Source of the DNA: Isurus oxyrinchus
Lineage: Eukaryota
Assembly: GCA_026770705.1 (NCBI GenBank)
Contig: JANJGN010000005.1
Coordinates: 196,788,001 to 196,836,140, forward strand
Reading direction: 5' to 3'
Length of the DNA: 48,140 bases
Below the pieces are notes generated by a model. That model was not told the origin of the DNA. It worked only from the letters and a program-made list of their open reading frames with translations, and did no database searches. Positions 35,420 to 47,971 of this stretch are shown here, piece after piece; position 1 is the first letter of the stretch, and every line of letters starts with the position of its first letter. A program made the position numbers and the translations under genes.

Positions 35420-36347
35420 GATTGCAGTCTGAGGCATTGTGCCCCGGTATTGAGGTCTATATAAAATAGAAAGGGCATTGCAAAACATTCCGCCTGTGAC
35501 TCGACTTCCTGTCAGTAGACGGACCGCCCTGTTTACATTGATCTCTCGTGGTATAAATACGGCACCTGCCACAAGCCGCGCCTTTCACTCCGATTTCTAA
35601 CGTGTCAAGCATTGATCGATTTTTAGTAAAGTGAAATCTCGATTGAATTACACAAACACTTATTAAGATGATTTAAACTCGTATATTTAACAAGGTGATT
35701 AAATCTACAGCACATCGCAAATCAGCAGCCTCCAGCTGATGGGAACAGCTTCATCTCCCAGTCACACACAAGCGGGATTGCGATATCTCTCGCCATTTCT
35801 TCATCATCACAGGGCCCAAATCCTAGAACTCGCTGCCTAACGGCGCTGTGGGGTCATATTCACCACACGCACTGCAGCGGCTCAAGAAGACTAACAACTG
35901 ACTGTGTCATTTCTTTCATCTGCCCCTGCCTGATGTGCGCTGGAGGACTGGGGTGTGGTGCCATCTCAGCAACTCCTCCAGCACAAGTTGCGTATCCGCC
36001 TGGTTGCGGCAGAGCCGGGTGTTTCTCAGTCACTGTCAGATAGTGGAGTTTGGGCCTGCAGGCTGATGGGTCAGGAGTTTTCTCCCCAGTGCATCCTGAC
36101 ATTCCCTTTCTCCTCCTGTTCATTGTTAAATAGTGGGAGAAAAACGCTGGAAGGAATTTCCGAGCTGCCAAATTTGACAGGAATGAATTCTGTTACATAC
36201 CAGCTGCACATCTGAATGCGTGATTTCCAAAAATAAGGCAGGAGGCCAGTCATTTTAGCCGCTGCTGTGAACTCTAGACCCTTTTGCCTTTGCCCCACCA
36301 TTGGTACCTTTAGACAACAATGCTGTAAAATTGCCTTCCATAACATT

Positions 36348-36757
36348 CCATCTCTCCACCTCTCCTCCACCTCCCCTAGAACACTCCACCACTCTCTCCA
36401 TCTCTCCTCCATCTCTCCACCACTCTCTCCACCTTCCCTCCATCTCTCCTCCATCTTTCCTTCATCTCTCTACCTCTCTCTCCACCTCCCCTCGAACACT
36501 CCACCACTCTCTCCACCTGTCCTCCATCTCTCCTCCATCTCTCCACCACTCTCTCCACCCTCCCTCCATCTCTCCTCCATCTCTCCACCACTTTCTCCAC
36601 CTTCCCTCCATCTCTCCTCCATCTCTCCACCACTCTCTCCATCTCCCCTCGAACACTCCACCACTCTCTCCACCTCCCCTCGAACACTCCACCACTCTCT
36701 CCACCTCCCCTCGAACACTCCACCACTCTATCCACCTCTCCTCCATCTCTCCACCTC
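36348..36757. repeat. CT-rich low-complexity repeat (CTCCATCTCTCCACCA variants)
   Basis: Directly visible. Confidence 0.92.
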
Positions 36758-37122
36758 TGATGGGGAAGTAATTGGCTAATTCAATTTGTCTTGTTTTTCA
36801 TATACAGGACTTACCTGAGTAATTGCACACTTTAGTTAGGTAGATGCCAGTGTTGTAGCTGGAACTGTACTGGAATCCCTTGCTAGGGTCATGGCCAGTT
36901 CTGGAGCAAAGCCTTCAACTCAACAGCCAGGGTGTTGTCAGGGTCCATACCTTTTGCTGTCTCCAATGGTGTTTAATGTGGAGGAGCACTGATTCGTCAG
37001 TTGAGAGGGGGGAGTACATGATAATTAACCAGAGGTTTCCTGACCCACTTTTGACCTGATGACATGAAACTTCATGGGTTCCAGAACCAATGTTTAGGAC
37101 TCCCAGAGCCACTCTCTCCCAC

Positions 37123-37163
<41 letters not shown>

Positions 37164-37304
37164 TGTGCTGCCTGCCACAAACACACATGTGCAGGGATAG
37201 CGATGGAGGAAATTGGGACATTGGCTGTAAGGTATCATTCTGTCAGTGTGTTGCTTGACTAGTTGGTGGGTACAAGACCCCAGATATTATTTAGTAACTA
37301 CTGA

Positions 37305-37565
37305 AAGTGATAAGAGGAGAAACTTTATTAAGCAACGAGTGGTTAGTGTCTGGAATGCACTGCCTGGGAGTGTGATGGAGGCAGGTTCAATCGGGGCATT
37401 CAAAAGGGAAATAGACTGTAATCTGAAAGGGAAGAATGTGCAATGTTACCGGGAGAAGACGAGGGAATGGCACTAGGTGAGTTGTTCATTCAGAGAGCTG
37501 GTGCAGACACGATGGGCCAAATGGCCTCCTTATGCACCGTAACAATTCTGTGATTTTGTGATTCT
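37305..37565 (+). mobile_element. CR1 3' end
   Basis: RRNFIKQRVVSVWNALP and (ATTCTGTG)n tail. Confidence 0.85.
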
Positions 37566-38331
37566 TATTTGACTTCTCTGTATCTGTTTGATACAGCCTA
37601 TTGGCTTGCTCGGCAATATAAATCAATCATTTTGTTGTGGGGTTGAAGTCACATAAAGGATGACAGATTTCCTTATCTAAAGGGTATTCGTAAGTCAACT
37701 GGGTTTGTAAGATAATTCAGTGGTTTCATACTCACCATTACTGAGTCTAGCTTTTTTATTTCATTGACTTTAAGTTCCCCAACCACCATAGCGATATTTG
37801 AGCTTATGTCTCTGCAGAATTAGGCCGGGCCTCAGGGTGTTACCGCTATAGCATCCTTTCCGGCTATGACATGCAAAGCTAATGTGGGTGAATGGAGTTA
37901 GGTCACAGTTCAGCCATGGTCCCATGATCCTTAGGGCGGAACAGGCCCTAAGAGCTGGATGGGCTCCTCCTGCTCCTATTGTCTTATTAATTCGGACTGA
38001 GATCAGCAAATACATTGGAGTTGGTTTGTGAGTTTGGGTAGCACATTCTTTGGCCATTTGAGCACGGACCATACCAGGGGCCTTTCTAAAGTGTGATAAA
38101 GGAAAAGGAGCTGATAGCTTAAACTCCCCATTTATAGAGTACTCAGATTTCTCATAATTAAATCTCAAGGGTTTAACAAAGTAATTTTATTCATTCAAGT
38201 GCAAAAATAAAATGCAAATAAGATCGTGAAAATAACATCGCATCTACAGTTGGTGGAAATCTCCAAACTCTCCGTTTGTGTTCTGGGTGTTGGCAGCTTG
38301 TACAGAGTGAGCTAGATGGTGGCGAAAGTTC

Positions 38332-38370
38332 GGTTTTTGTATGGGGTTGCCCCCGCTTTCAGTCACTGTG
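38332..38370 (-). other. 23-bp-spacer RSS of V gene B (perfect consensus)
   Basis: CACAGTG (38370-38364), 23 nt, ACAAAAACC (38340-38332). Confidence 0.97.
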
Positions 38371-38677
38371 ATCCACAAAGCACAGTAATAGATCCCGGAG
38401 TCCTCCTCCTTGATATCCCGCATGAGCAGACTGCAGGATTTAGTTGCAGATCTTTTTTCAGCGAACAACACTTTGTCGGTCATATCCTGCACAGTGTCGG
38501 ATGGATTCTTGTAATATAACATGCGTTGCAACCCTTGACCCGGGAGCTGCCGGTACCAATGGATAATCGCATCCTCAAAGTTTGTCCCTTCGACCTTACA
38601 CTCAAACCGAACAGTTTTCATCGGAGTCCTGGTCAGTGAAAATGGAAACTGTGTCAACGTCTGAGCATCAGATTTCC
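38371..38677 (-). CDS. TRGV: TCR gamma V gene B, V exon (KSDAQTLTQ...FECKV...IHWYRQLPG...DSGIYYCALWI)
   Basis: Open V domain with the TRGV-typical IHWY and YYCALW motifs. TTTCAG acceptor. Confidence 0.96.
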
Positions 38678-38789
38678 CTGAAAGAGATAAAACACAAATC
38701 AATCAGATTATTTATTAATGGGGGAGGGGGTGGGGGGGGGGCAGAATAATGAATAATGAAAATAATCAGTTGGAACCTAGAATACTGAC

Positions 38790-38832
38790 TGAGGAAAGAG
38801 GTTAGTAAAATCAGGATAACGTGACCCTTCAT
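38790..38832 (-). CDS. TRGV: TCR gamma V gene B leader exon MKGHVILILLTSFL
   Basis: ATG at 38832, 43 nt, donor GTCAGT, 112-nt intron, phase 1. Confidence 0.88.
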
Positions 38833-39564
38833 GTTTGTGTGCCCGACACTGAACTGATTCAGCTTTACTCTTTACCTGTCACTGAGTCGCTGCCATACCG
38901 GAAATTATGTCATTCAGTTCCACCCAATACTGAGTCTCCATGTGGCCTCAAGGGTGACGTTTCCATTGGGTGGTTATGATGTTTCATCTCGTTATTGACT
39001 GTTTCACTTCAGTCCGCCTTTCCTCACTGCCATCCTGAACCCTCAAGACCGTTCACTCGCTGTGACTCGCTTTCTGCTATTTCCGGCTACCTGGTGCTCC
39101 CGCCTTTCCCCCTGCCCCATTCGAACAGTTGAAATTAAAGTAGCTTTACGGACCCATCTTTCCCATTCCAGTAACAATCTTACACAGCTGTAAGAACATT
39201 TCTCCAACACCTCCAGGCCTGAACAAAAAGCCCAAATCTCCTCAAAATTTGTCCCCTGACATTAGCTCCAATCTTATGACATGTCTGTGCACTGCCTCCA
39301 GCACATTAGTGTATCCTGTGTGTCTGAGTGAACAGGGTGGAGACATTACTCGACGTGATCTAACCAGAGGCTCCAAACGGTTTGTCCATTACCTCTTCTG
39401 ACTATTTAAGGCGAACATTTTATTGTTTTTTGTTGATTGCTGCATTCAGTTGATTGGACATATTGAACATTGAGTCTACTAAGAGGTCTTTAAAATCATC
39501 TCATAAATATATAAACCATTCATACGAAAAACGTATCGCCCACTGTTCCTGTGAAATGGGCAGC

Positions 39565-39900
39565 TCTTCATTTCTCTTTCTTTGCCTCCCTGTCTCTCTT
39601 TCTCAATCTGTCAACCTGTTCTCTTCCTTCTGTGCTTTCTTTCCTTTCTCTTTTTCTCTCTCATCATCTATCTCTCACCCTCTCTTTTGCTTTTTGCATA
39701 CCCTTTCTCAGTCGCTCTCTCTCCTGCCCTTTCCCCCTCTTCATCTCTCACATTTCCCCGCTCTCTTTCGCTTTCCGTCTTTTTCTATTTATCTCTCATT
39801 CTCTATTTTGCTCTATCTCTTCCATTCACTTTCTATTGCTCTCATTCTCCATTTCTGTTTCTCTCTATTTCTCTTCGTTTCTCTCACTCTCTCTCTTTCA
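39565..39900. repeat. Polypyrimidine CT-rich tract
   Basis: Directly visible. Confidence 0.85.
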
Positions 39901-39924
39901 CATTCACACTGAAAATGTGGATGT

Positions 39925-40625
39925 TAAGAGAGACCATGCCGTACTCGTACAAGGAACACAGAAAGTTAGCATGCAGGCTCTGCAAGCAATTAGGAAGGCA
40001 AATGGCAAGTTGGCTTTTATTACAAGGGGATTGGAGTACAGGAGTAAGGAAGCTTTGCTACAATTGTACACACCTTTGGTAAGGCCGCATCTGCAGCACT
40101 GTGTACAGTTTTGGTCTCCATAGTTAAGGAAAGATATACTTGCATGAGAGGCAGTACAAGCAAAGATTCGCTAGATTAGTTCCTGGGATGAGAGGCTTCT
40201 CCTAGGATGAAAGGCTGAGTAAATTGGTCTCTATTCTCTGGAGTTTAGAAGAATAAGAGGGGATCTCATTAAAACATAGATGATTCTGAAGGGAAATGAT
40301 TAAGGGAGACAATGAGAGGTTGTTCCCCTGGCTGGGGTACCTAGGAAAAAGGGGCACAGGCTCAGGATAAGGGGTTGTTGGGGACTGAGTTCTTCACTGA
40401 AGTTTGTAAATCTTTGGAATTCTTCATTTCAGACGGTTGTGGATGTTCCATTGTTCAAATATTTTCAAAGCTGAGACAGAGAGACTATGGTTCTTTTGGG
40501 GAATGAAGGGGTATGGGGAGTGGGCGGGAAAGGGGAGTTGGGGGTAGAAAATCAGCCATGTTTCTGTTGAGTGGCGGAGCAGGCTGGATGGGTCAGATGG
40601 TCTACTCCTGCTTTGATTTCGTAAA
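39925..40625 (+). mobile_element. Decayed CR1 3' portion
   Basis: KANGKLAFITRGLEY...LVRPHLQHCVQFWSP. Confidence 0.88.
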
Positions 40626-42987
40626 TTCTCTCGCTGTTTTTCCTCTCTATTTCCTATCGACTGTCTGAGGTGGATGTTGATCAGTCCACGGCACCAAGTA
40701 GCGGTGTTCTCCCGGTGTCCTGACTAACATTCCTCCCCAACTACCGCCACTAAAACCGTTTCTTTCGCATTTAGTTTGGAGTTGTTTGAGCGACCTTGCA
40801 ATTTGGCTCCTGCATCTCCAGGATTCACAACATTTCAATAACCGGAAAGCCTCGAGTTTATGACCGATGCGATGTAAATGCAAGTCCCCTCTCCTCTTTC
40901 TATCTTCAGTTTGCCCTCGCTGCATCATTCAAACGGAACAGATAATACCTTGCAAGGTCATAAATGAATCAGCCTCGTATCTGTGAAAAGGACATGTCCA
41001 CCTGGCCCATGAAACCTACTCCTCCTGTAACCTACATACAACCTGCTCTGTAGGGGGATCTATCCACCCCATCAGCTGCTCAGAGAAGATTTTGCCAGGT
41101 TTCGCTCTGCTGTGCGAATGTAACTTCAATACAACTTCAGAAGATCTACCCAAACATCTAACCGACACCAAGATAAAAGCAAAATGCTGCGGATGTCTCT
41201 CTATCCGACACTGTTGGTCGAGAATCCGCTACCTTTCCAGTAACTCGGAAACCACTTGTTCCAAACCTGCTCCAGCTGCTGCTCTCCATATGTTTATACA
41301 TTAACTGTTAATCTTTGCTCCGATTCTCTAACAGGAAATAGGGGGAACGTTTGAAGGACCATGTGTGCAATTTGAAAGCAACAGCTGCTTCGCTATTGGT
41401 TCCCATCAGAATAACCACCTGGAGGTGAATTTCCTCCCGCACGCCTCTTTTTACAGTGGATTATGCTGCTCTCGCAACTGCGGCTCCAAACTCCGCAATT
41501 GCCCCCATGGCCCTCTAAAGCTGGTTTGCCCCACCCACTCCGATCCCATTACCCGGGTAGGGGTAATTCGATGCAATAAGAAATGATACCCCCTTCCCCC
41601 CCCCCCCCTCCCCACCCACCCACCCACCCCGCTACCCCCATTCCCACCAGGAGGTTAAATGAACAGCCCAGGTTATAGAAAACGCAAATCGGAATGAGTG
41701 ATATTCCGTTTACTCCTGGAACTGGAAATGTGTCTGGGCTCCAGTTTCGGAGGGAATCTTGGCTTCTTCTCTTCCCCCTCCGGCACTGACCCCCACGTAC
41801 GGGGTAGATGGGAACGCACACAGATCAGCCATGGTCTTGTCGAGGGGCCGAATTAACTACTTCTGCTCCTATCTCGGATGCACTAGTGACTCCAAGCAAA
41901 GCCACCACTGACACGGTCACAGGTGTGAGCAGGTGTGAGCAAAGGCCAAAGCCAATCTGCCTGAACCCCTGGATGAACATCGCTGGCAGGATGAACGCAC
42001 CCGAATGTTTTCTGGGTTTATGGGGAGGTAACTGCCGTTATAACGTGTGTTGAATGCGCTGCTTCCTAAAATGTATCCGTGGGGATTCAATGGAAACAAG
42101 ACACCACTATCAACCCTAGGCCGCCTTTACTGTTTTAATGCAGAGCCTTACAAAGAAAGATGAAAATAAGGAAAATAAGGATCCCATTTATTTCACCGTC
42201 TGTGTTTATTCGATTATAAACTCTACATTTAGAGATTAACCTGCTGTCAGGAACAATTGGGAAAATAAGGGTATTCCACGATTCATTTCACTTCTGTACC
42301 AAAATGGAAGAAATCAAGAATTGTTTATGAAATGTGAGAGTTGTTTATCAGGACGAGGGCGAAGGGTGCAATGAGAAATTCAAAACAAGGAATTGAAGCG
42401 GGACATTGTCCTCCTGAACAAAAACAGAATTACCTGGAAAAACTCAGCAGGTCTGGCAGCATCGGCGGAGAAGAAAAGAGTTGATGTTTCGAGTCCTCAT
42501 GACCTTTCCACAGAACCAGGTGAATCCAAGGAGAGGGGTGAAATATAAGCTGGTTTAAGGTGGGGGTTGGGATGGGGGGGGGGGGGGGGTGGGGTGGGTG
42601 GAGAGAAGTGGAGGGGGTGGTGTGGTCGTAGGGACAAGCAAGCAGTGATGGGAGCAGATAATCAAAAGATGTCACAGACAACAGAACAAAAGAACACATA
42701 GGTGTTAAAGGTGGTGATATTATCTAAACGAATGTGCTAATTAAGAATGGATGGTAGGACACACAAGGTACAGCCTTAGTGGGGGTGGGGTGAAAAGACT
42801 AACAGGGCATAAAAGGTATAGATTTAAAAATACTGGAAATAGGTGGGAAAAGAAATATCTATATAAATTATAGGAAAAAAACAAAAGGAAGGGGGAAGAA
42901 ATGGAAAGGGGGTGGGGATGGAGGAGGGAGTTCAAGACTATAGTTGTTGAATTCAATATTCAGTCCAGAAGACTGTAAAGAGCCTAG

Positions 42988-45075
42988 TCAGAAGATGAGG
43001 TGCTGTTCCTCCAGTTTGCGTTGGGCTTCACTGGAACAATACAGCAAGCCAAGGACAGACATGTGGGCAAGAGAGCAGGGTGGAATGTTAAAATGGCAAG
43101 CGACAGGGAGGTTTGGGTCATTCTTGCGGACAGACCGCAGGTGTTCTGCAAAGCGGTCGCCCAGTTTACGTTTGGTCTCTCCAATGTAGAGGAGACCACA
43201 TTGGGAGCAACGAATGCAGTAGACTAAGTTGGGGGAAATGCAAGTGAAATGCTGCTTCACTTGAAAGGAGTGTTTGGGCCCTTGGACGGTGAGGAGAGAG
43301 GAAGTGAAGGGGCAGGTGTTACATCTTTTGTGTGGGCATGGGGTGGTGCCATAGGAGGGGGTTGAGGAGTAGGGGGTGATGGAGGAGTGGACCAGGGTGT
43401 CCCGGAGGGAGCGATCCCTACGGAATGCCGATAAGGGGGGTGAAGGGAAGATGTGTTTGGTGGTGGCATCATGCTGGAGTTGGCAGAAATGGCAGAGGAT
43501 GATCCTTTGAATGCGGAGGCTGGTGGGGTGATAAGTGAGGACAAGGGGGACCCTATCATGTTTCTGGGAGGGAGGAGAAGGTGTGAGGGCAGATGTGCGG
43601 GAGATGGGCTGGACACGGTTAAGGGCCCTGTCAACCACCGTGGGTGGAAAACCTCGGTTAAGGAAGAAGGAAGACATGTCAGAGGAACTGTTTTTGAAAG
43701 TGGCATCATCAGAACAGATGTGACGGAGGCGAAAGAACTGAGAAAAAAAGATGGAGTCCTTACAGGAAGCGGGGTGTGAGGAGCTGTAGTCGAAGTAGCT
43801 GTGGAAGTCAGTAGGCTTGTAATGGATATTGGTGGACAGTCTATCACCAGAGATTGAGACAGAGAGGTCAAGGAAGGGAAGGGAAGTGTCAGAGATGGAC
43901 CATGTGAAAATGATGGAGGGGTGGAGATTGGAAGGAAAATTAATAAATTTTTCCAGGTCCAGATGAGAGCATGAAGCAACACCGAAGCAATCATCAATGT
44001 ACTGGGGAAAGGGTTGTGGGAGGGGGCCGGAGTAGGATTGGAACAATGAATGTTCCACATACCCCATAAAGAGACAGGCATAGCTGGGGCCCATGCGGGT
44101 ACCCATAGCCACACCTTTTATTTGGAGGAAGTGAGAGGAGTTAAAGGAGAAATTGTTCAGCGTGAGAACAAGTTCAGCCAGACGGAGGAGAGTAGTGGTG
44201 GATGGGGATTGTTCGGGCCTCTGTTCGAGGAAGAAGCTAAGGGCCCTCAGACCATCCTGGTGGGGGATGGAAGTGTAGAGGAATTGGACGTCCATGGTGT
44301 AGAGGAAGCGGTTGGAGCCAGGGAACTGGAAATTGTTGATGTGACATAAGGTGTCAGAGGAATCACGGATGTAGGTGGGAAGGGACTGGACAAGGGGAGA
44401 GAGAAGGGAATCAAGATAGCGAGAAATGAGTTCCGTGGGGCAGGAACAGGCTGACATGATTGGTCTGCCGGGACAGTCCTGTTTGTGGATTTTGGGTAGG
44501 AGATAGAAGCGGGCCGTCTGAGGTTGGGCGACTATCAGGTTGGAAGCTGTGGGAGGGAGATCCCCAGAGGAGATGAGGTCAGTGACAGTCCTGGAAACAA
44601 TGGCTTGATGTTCAGTGGTGGGGTCATGGTCCAGGGAGAGGTAGGAGGAAGTGTCTGCGAGTTGATACTCAGCCTCCGCGAGGTAGAGGTTAGTGCGCCA
44701 GACATCAACAGCACCACCCTTGTCAGCGGGTTTGATGACAATGTCAGGGTTGGACCTGAGAGAATGGAGTGCAGTAAGTTCAGAGAGAGACAGGTTAGAA
44801 TGGGTGAGAGGAGCAGAGAAATTGAGACGACTAATGTCGCGCCGACAGTTCTCAATGAAAAGATCAAGAGAAGGTAAGAATCCAGAGGGAGGGGTCCAGG
44901 TGGAGGGAGAATATTGGAGATGGGTAAAAGGATCCGTTGAATGGGGAGAGGACTCCTGCCCAAAGAAGTGAGCCCGGAGACGAAGACGGCGGAAGAAGAG
45001 TTCAGTATCATGCTGAGCCCGAAATTCATTGAGGTGAGGGCGTAAGGGTATGAAACTAAGTCTTTTGCTGAGCAC
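42988..45075 (-). pseudogene. Penelope ORF: RT (PADKGGA, LPKIHK, GVAMG, YIDD) + GIY-YIG (LVYCI...YIGET)
   Basis: 695-aa uninterrupted frame. Premature TGA shortly before the natural end; N-terminal part disrupted. Confidence 0.93.
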
Positions 45076-45797
45076 TGAACGTTCAGCATCGGAGAGGGGA
45101 AGGTCAGGGGGTATAGTAAATACACGGCTAGGGCTGGGATTGGAAGATGGGGTGGGGACGGAGGGACAGGCAGGGGTGGAGGGTCCTAGATGGGTGTTGG
45201 TGTCGATGAGTTGTTGGAGCTTGCGTTCCTTAGCACTTGAGACAAAGAGAAAAAGTTTCTTGTTGAGGCATCGGATGAGACGAAGAATAAAATGAAACTG
45301 GGGGCACGCACAGCTTTAAAAAAGGGTACGGCGGTGCTGCTGGAGGGAGAGGTCGAGTGTGTTCATATGGCGGCGCATGGCACTGAGTGTGGATTTCAGA
45401 ATGTGACGGGAACAGCAGTCCGAGAAACGTTTTATGTCCCGGAGATACCTGTAATCCTGGGTGGGTTCAAAACATGAGGGATGAAATTTCAGTTGAAATC
45501 CACGTGGGGTAAGTCGGAGACGGAGACAGTCACTGAGAAAGGAGATATGGCTGTGAAAGCGGGTTTTAGTAAACACCTTGTCAAACACCAGGAGGGAAAT
45601 GGAAAGCAATGAAGGTGAACAAGGCAAAAGAGAGGTACAGAATTTATGTCAGAGAGAAGAGCAGTGCTTCTTCAAGGTAAGCAGTCAATTAAACACAGAG
45701 ATAAAAACAAAAAACTGTGGATGCTGGAAATCCAAAACAAAAACAGAATTACCTGGAAAAACTCAGCAGGTCTGGCAGCATCGGCGGAGAAGAAAAG

Positions 45798-45836
45798 AGT
45801 TGACGTTTCGAGTCCTCATGACCCTTCGACAGAACT
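45798..45836 (-). ncRNA. Minimal type-I hammerhead-like ribozyme motif in the Penelope pseudo-LTR
   Basis: AGUU CUGUCGA A GGGUC AUGAG GACUC GAAAC GUC AACU: stem I AGUU/AACU, stem II GGGUC/GACUC, GUC triplet. Core has U in place of A6. Confidence 0.7.
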
Positions 45837-47170
45837 AAGTAATATTAGGAGAGGGGTGAAATATAAGCTGGTTTAAGGTGGGGGGGGATGTGGTGGGGGG
45901 AGAGAAGTGGGGTGGTGTGGTTGTAGGGACAAGCAAGCAGTGATAGGAGCACATAATCAACAGATGTCACAGACGAAAGAACATAGAAGTGTTGAAGGTG
46001 GTGATATTATCTAAACGAATGTGCTAATTAAGAATGGATGGCAGGGCACACAAGGTACAGCTCTAGTGGGGGTGGAGTGGAAAGACTAACAGGGCATAAA
46101 AGGTATAGATTTAAAAATAATGGAAATAGGTGGGAAAAGAAAAATCTATACAAATTATTGGAAAAAAACAAAAGGATGGGGGAAGAAATGGAAAGGGAGT
46201 GGGGTGGAGTGTTAAAATGGCAAGCGACAGGGAGGTTTGGGTCATTCTTGCGGACAGACCACAGGTGTTCTGCAAAGCGGTCGCCCAGTTTACGTTTGGT
46301 CTCTCCAATGTAGAGGAGACCACATTGGGAGCAACGAATGCAGTAGACTAAGTTGGGGGAAATGCAAGTGGAATGCTGCTTCACTTGAAAGGAGTGTTTG
46401 GGCCCTTGGACGGTGAGGAGAGAGGAAGTGAAGGGGCAGGTGTTACATCTTTTGCATGGGCATGGGGTGGTGCCATAGGAGGGGGTTGAGCAGTAGTGGG
46501 TGATGAAGGAGTGGACCAGGGTGTCCCGGAGGGAACAATCCCTACGGAATGCCGATAAGGGGGGTGAAGGGAAGATGTGTTTGGTGGATTTAATCCTGTG
46601 TTGGATTTAACCCCTGGAGAATAGTTGTTACTGAGAATGCATTGTCAAAGCGATCCTGGCAGCTGTAGTCCAGTGACTGATCTGTGATGAGTATCCATTA
46701 CATTTACTACTCTTGGATATTTAAGTTTGTTTCGCTTTTGAGAATTCGCAGAAACAGATCAAAATCATTGACGACCTCACCATAACACGTTGTGAAGGAA
46801 GAGTTTTAAAAAACCCTGTCTCCTATTGAAGTACATGAGCAAAACCAAATGGCAAAGATCCACAGCTTCGTCCACAGTGTTACAAAAGCCAGTGGAACTA
46901 AGGGAGCTTCAGCGGATGAAATAACCGATAACCTGTTTCTTAATCAAATGCTGCATCTAACCGGGCATCAGAGAGGCGGATTCCCCTGCACGATATCCCC
47001 CCATTCCCTTTGTCCACCTGAATTCCCGAATTTACAATCCCAATTATATTTGTTTCTGGTTTACATTTTGAAATGAAAGTTCCTTCAGTGTTGCTTTTAT
47101 CATTTGGAATTCCACGTCGAAAATCTTCACCCTTTCCCTGGGAACTGGCGCTGAGGAGCGGGGAGCCCTG

Positions 47171-47209
47171 GGTTTCTGTAATGGGTTCTTACCCTTGTTT
47201 CTCACTGTG
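47171..47209 (-). other. 23-bp-spacer RSS of V gene A
   Basis: Heptamer CACAGTG (47209-47203), 23-nt spacer, nonamer ACAGAAACC (47179-47171). Confidence 0.95.
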
Positions 47210-47501
47210 GGGGTCCAGCGGGCGCAGTAATAGGTGGCAGCGTCCGACAGTTCAATGTTATCAATTACAAGAAAGAATGAAGAGCCACCCCCCTCAGCTG
47301 AGAATTTGGCTGAGATTCCCGGATCCAGCACCGCTTGGCTGCCGCTGTAACGGATGATTCTCTTGGGCACCTGTTTCTGTTGGTGCTGATACCAGTGGAT
47401 AGTCCCTGGGCTTTGCGTCACGCATTGCATTTTGACCGTTGTAGTCTCAGACTTGGTGAACGATATTGGAAACTGCTTCAAGACCTCGGCAAAATATCCA
47501 C
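47210..47501 (-). CDS. TRGV: TCR gamma V gene A, V exon (GYFAEVLKQFP...MQCVTQ...IHWYQH...DAATYYCARWT)
   Basis: Open Ig V-set domain with Cys, WYQ and DxAxYYCAxW motifs. TTTGCAG acceptor; ends at a 23-RSS. Confidence 0.95.
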
Positions 47502-47599
47502 CTGCAAATGAAACACAGAAAAGCCAGATAGTCATCAAGAGAGGCAGAACTCACTGACACAGCGGGGATCGAGAGGGGTCAGTTTCCAGCGGCGGAAGG

Positions 47600-47950
47600 G
47601 GCGAAAACCAGAGGACACAAGTTTAAGGTGAACGAACCAAGGGTGACACACGGGGGAATGGGGGTGGGGACTTGTTTACAGAGCGGTGGCGGGTGGGGGG
47701 GCGGGGGGGGGGTGGGGGGCGATATCTGGAATGCAGTGTCTGAGAAAGTGGGCAAGGCAGCTTCAATCCCGGCTTTCAGAAGGCAGCTGAACAAGCACCA
47801 GACCAGGGAACATATTACAGCACCATGGGGAAAAGGAGAGGGCAGGGGGAGGGGGAAGGAGGGGGACTAGCCGAGTTGCCCTGGCAGAGAGCCAGTATGG
47901 AGGTGACGGGCCGAGTGATCTTCTTGACTGCTGTAACCATTCTGGTTCTG
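47600..47950 (+). mobile_element. Decayed CR1 3' end inside the V gene A leader intron
   Basis: RGHKFKV...IWNAV...FRRQL remnant and GGGCCGAGTG tail. Confidence 0.65.
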
Positions 47951-47971
47951 AGTGATAGCTGTCACACTTAC

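Larger units (their letters stand above)
42417..46587 (-). mobile_element. Penelope-like retroelement (RT + GIY-YIG endonuclease) with pseudo-LTR from a partial tandem copy
   Basis: Direct repeat 42417-43463 vs 45738-46587 (the second has an internal deletion of about 165 bp) flanks the ORF. N-terminal ORF piece at 45316-45627. Confidence 0.95.

Noticed and set aside
36071-36779. Pro/Ser/His-rich and Trp/Arg/Glu-rich ORFs
   Set aside because: Translation of a CT-rich low-complexity repeat.
39454-40123. Hydrophobic Phe/Leu/Ser ORFs resembling a membrane protein
   Set aside because: Polypyrimidine tract running into a CR1 fragment.
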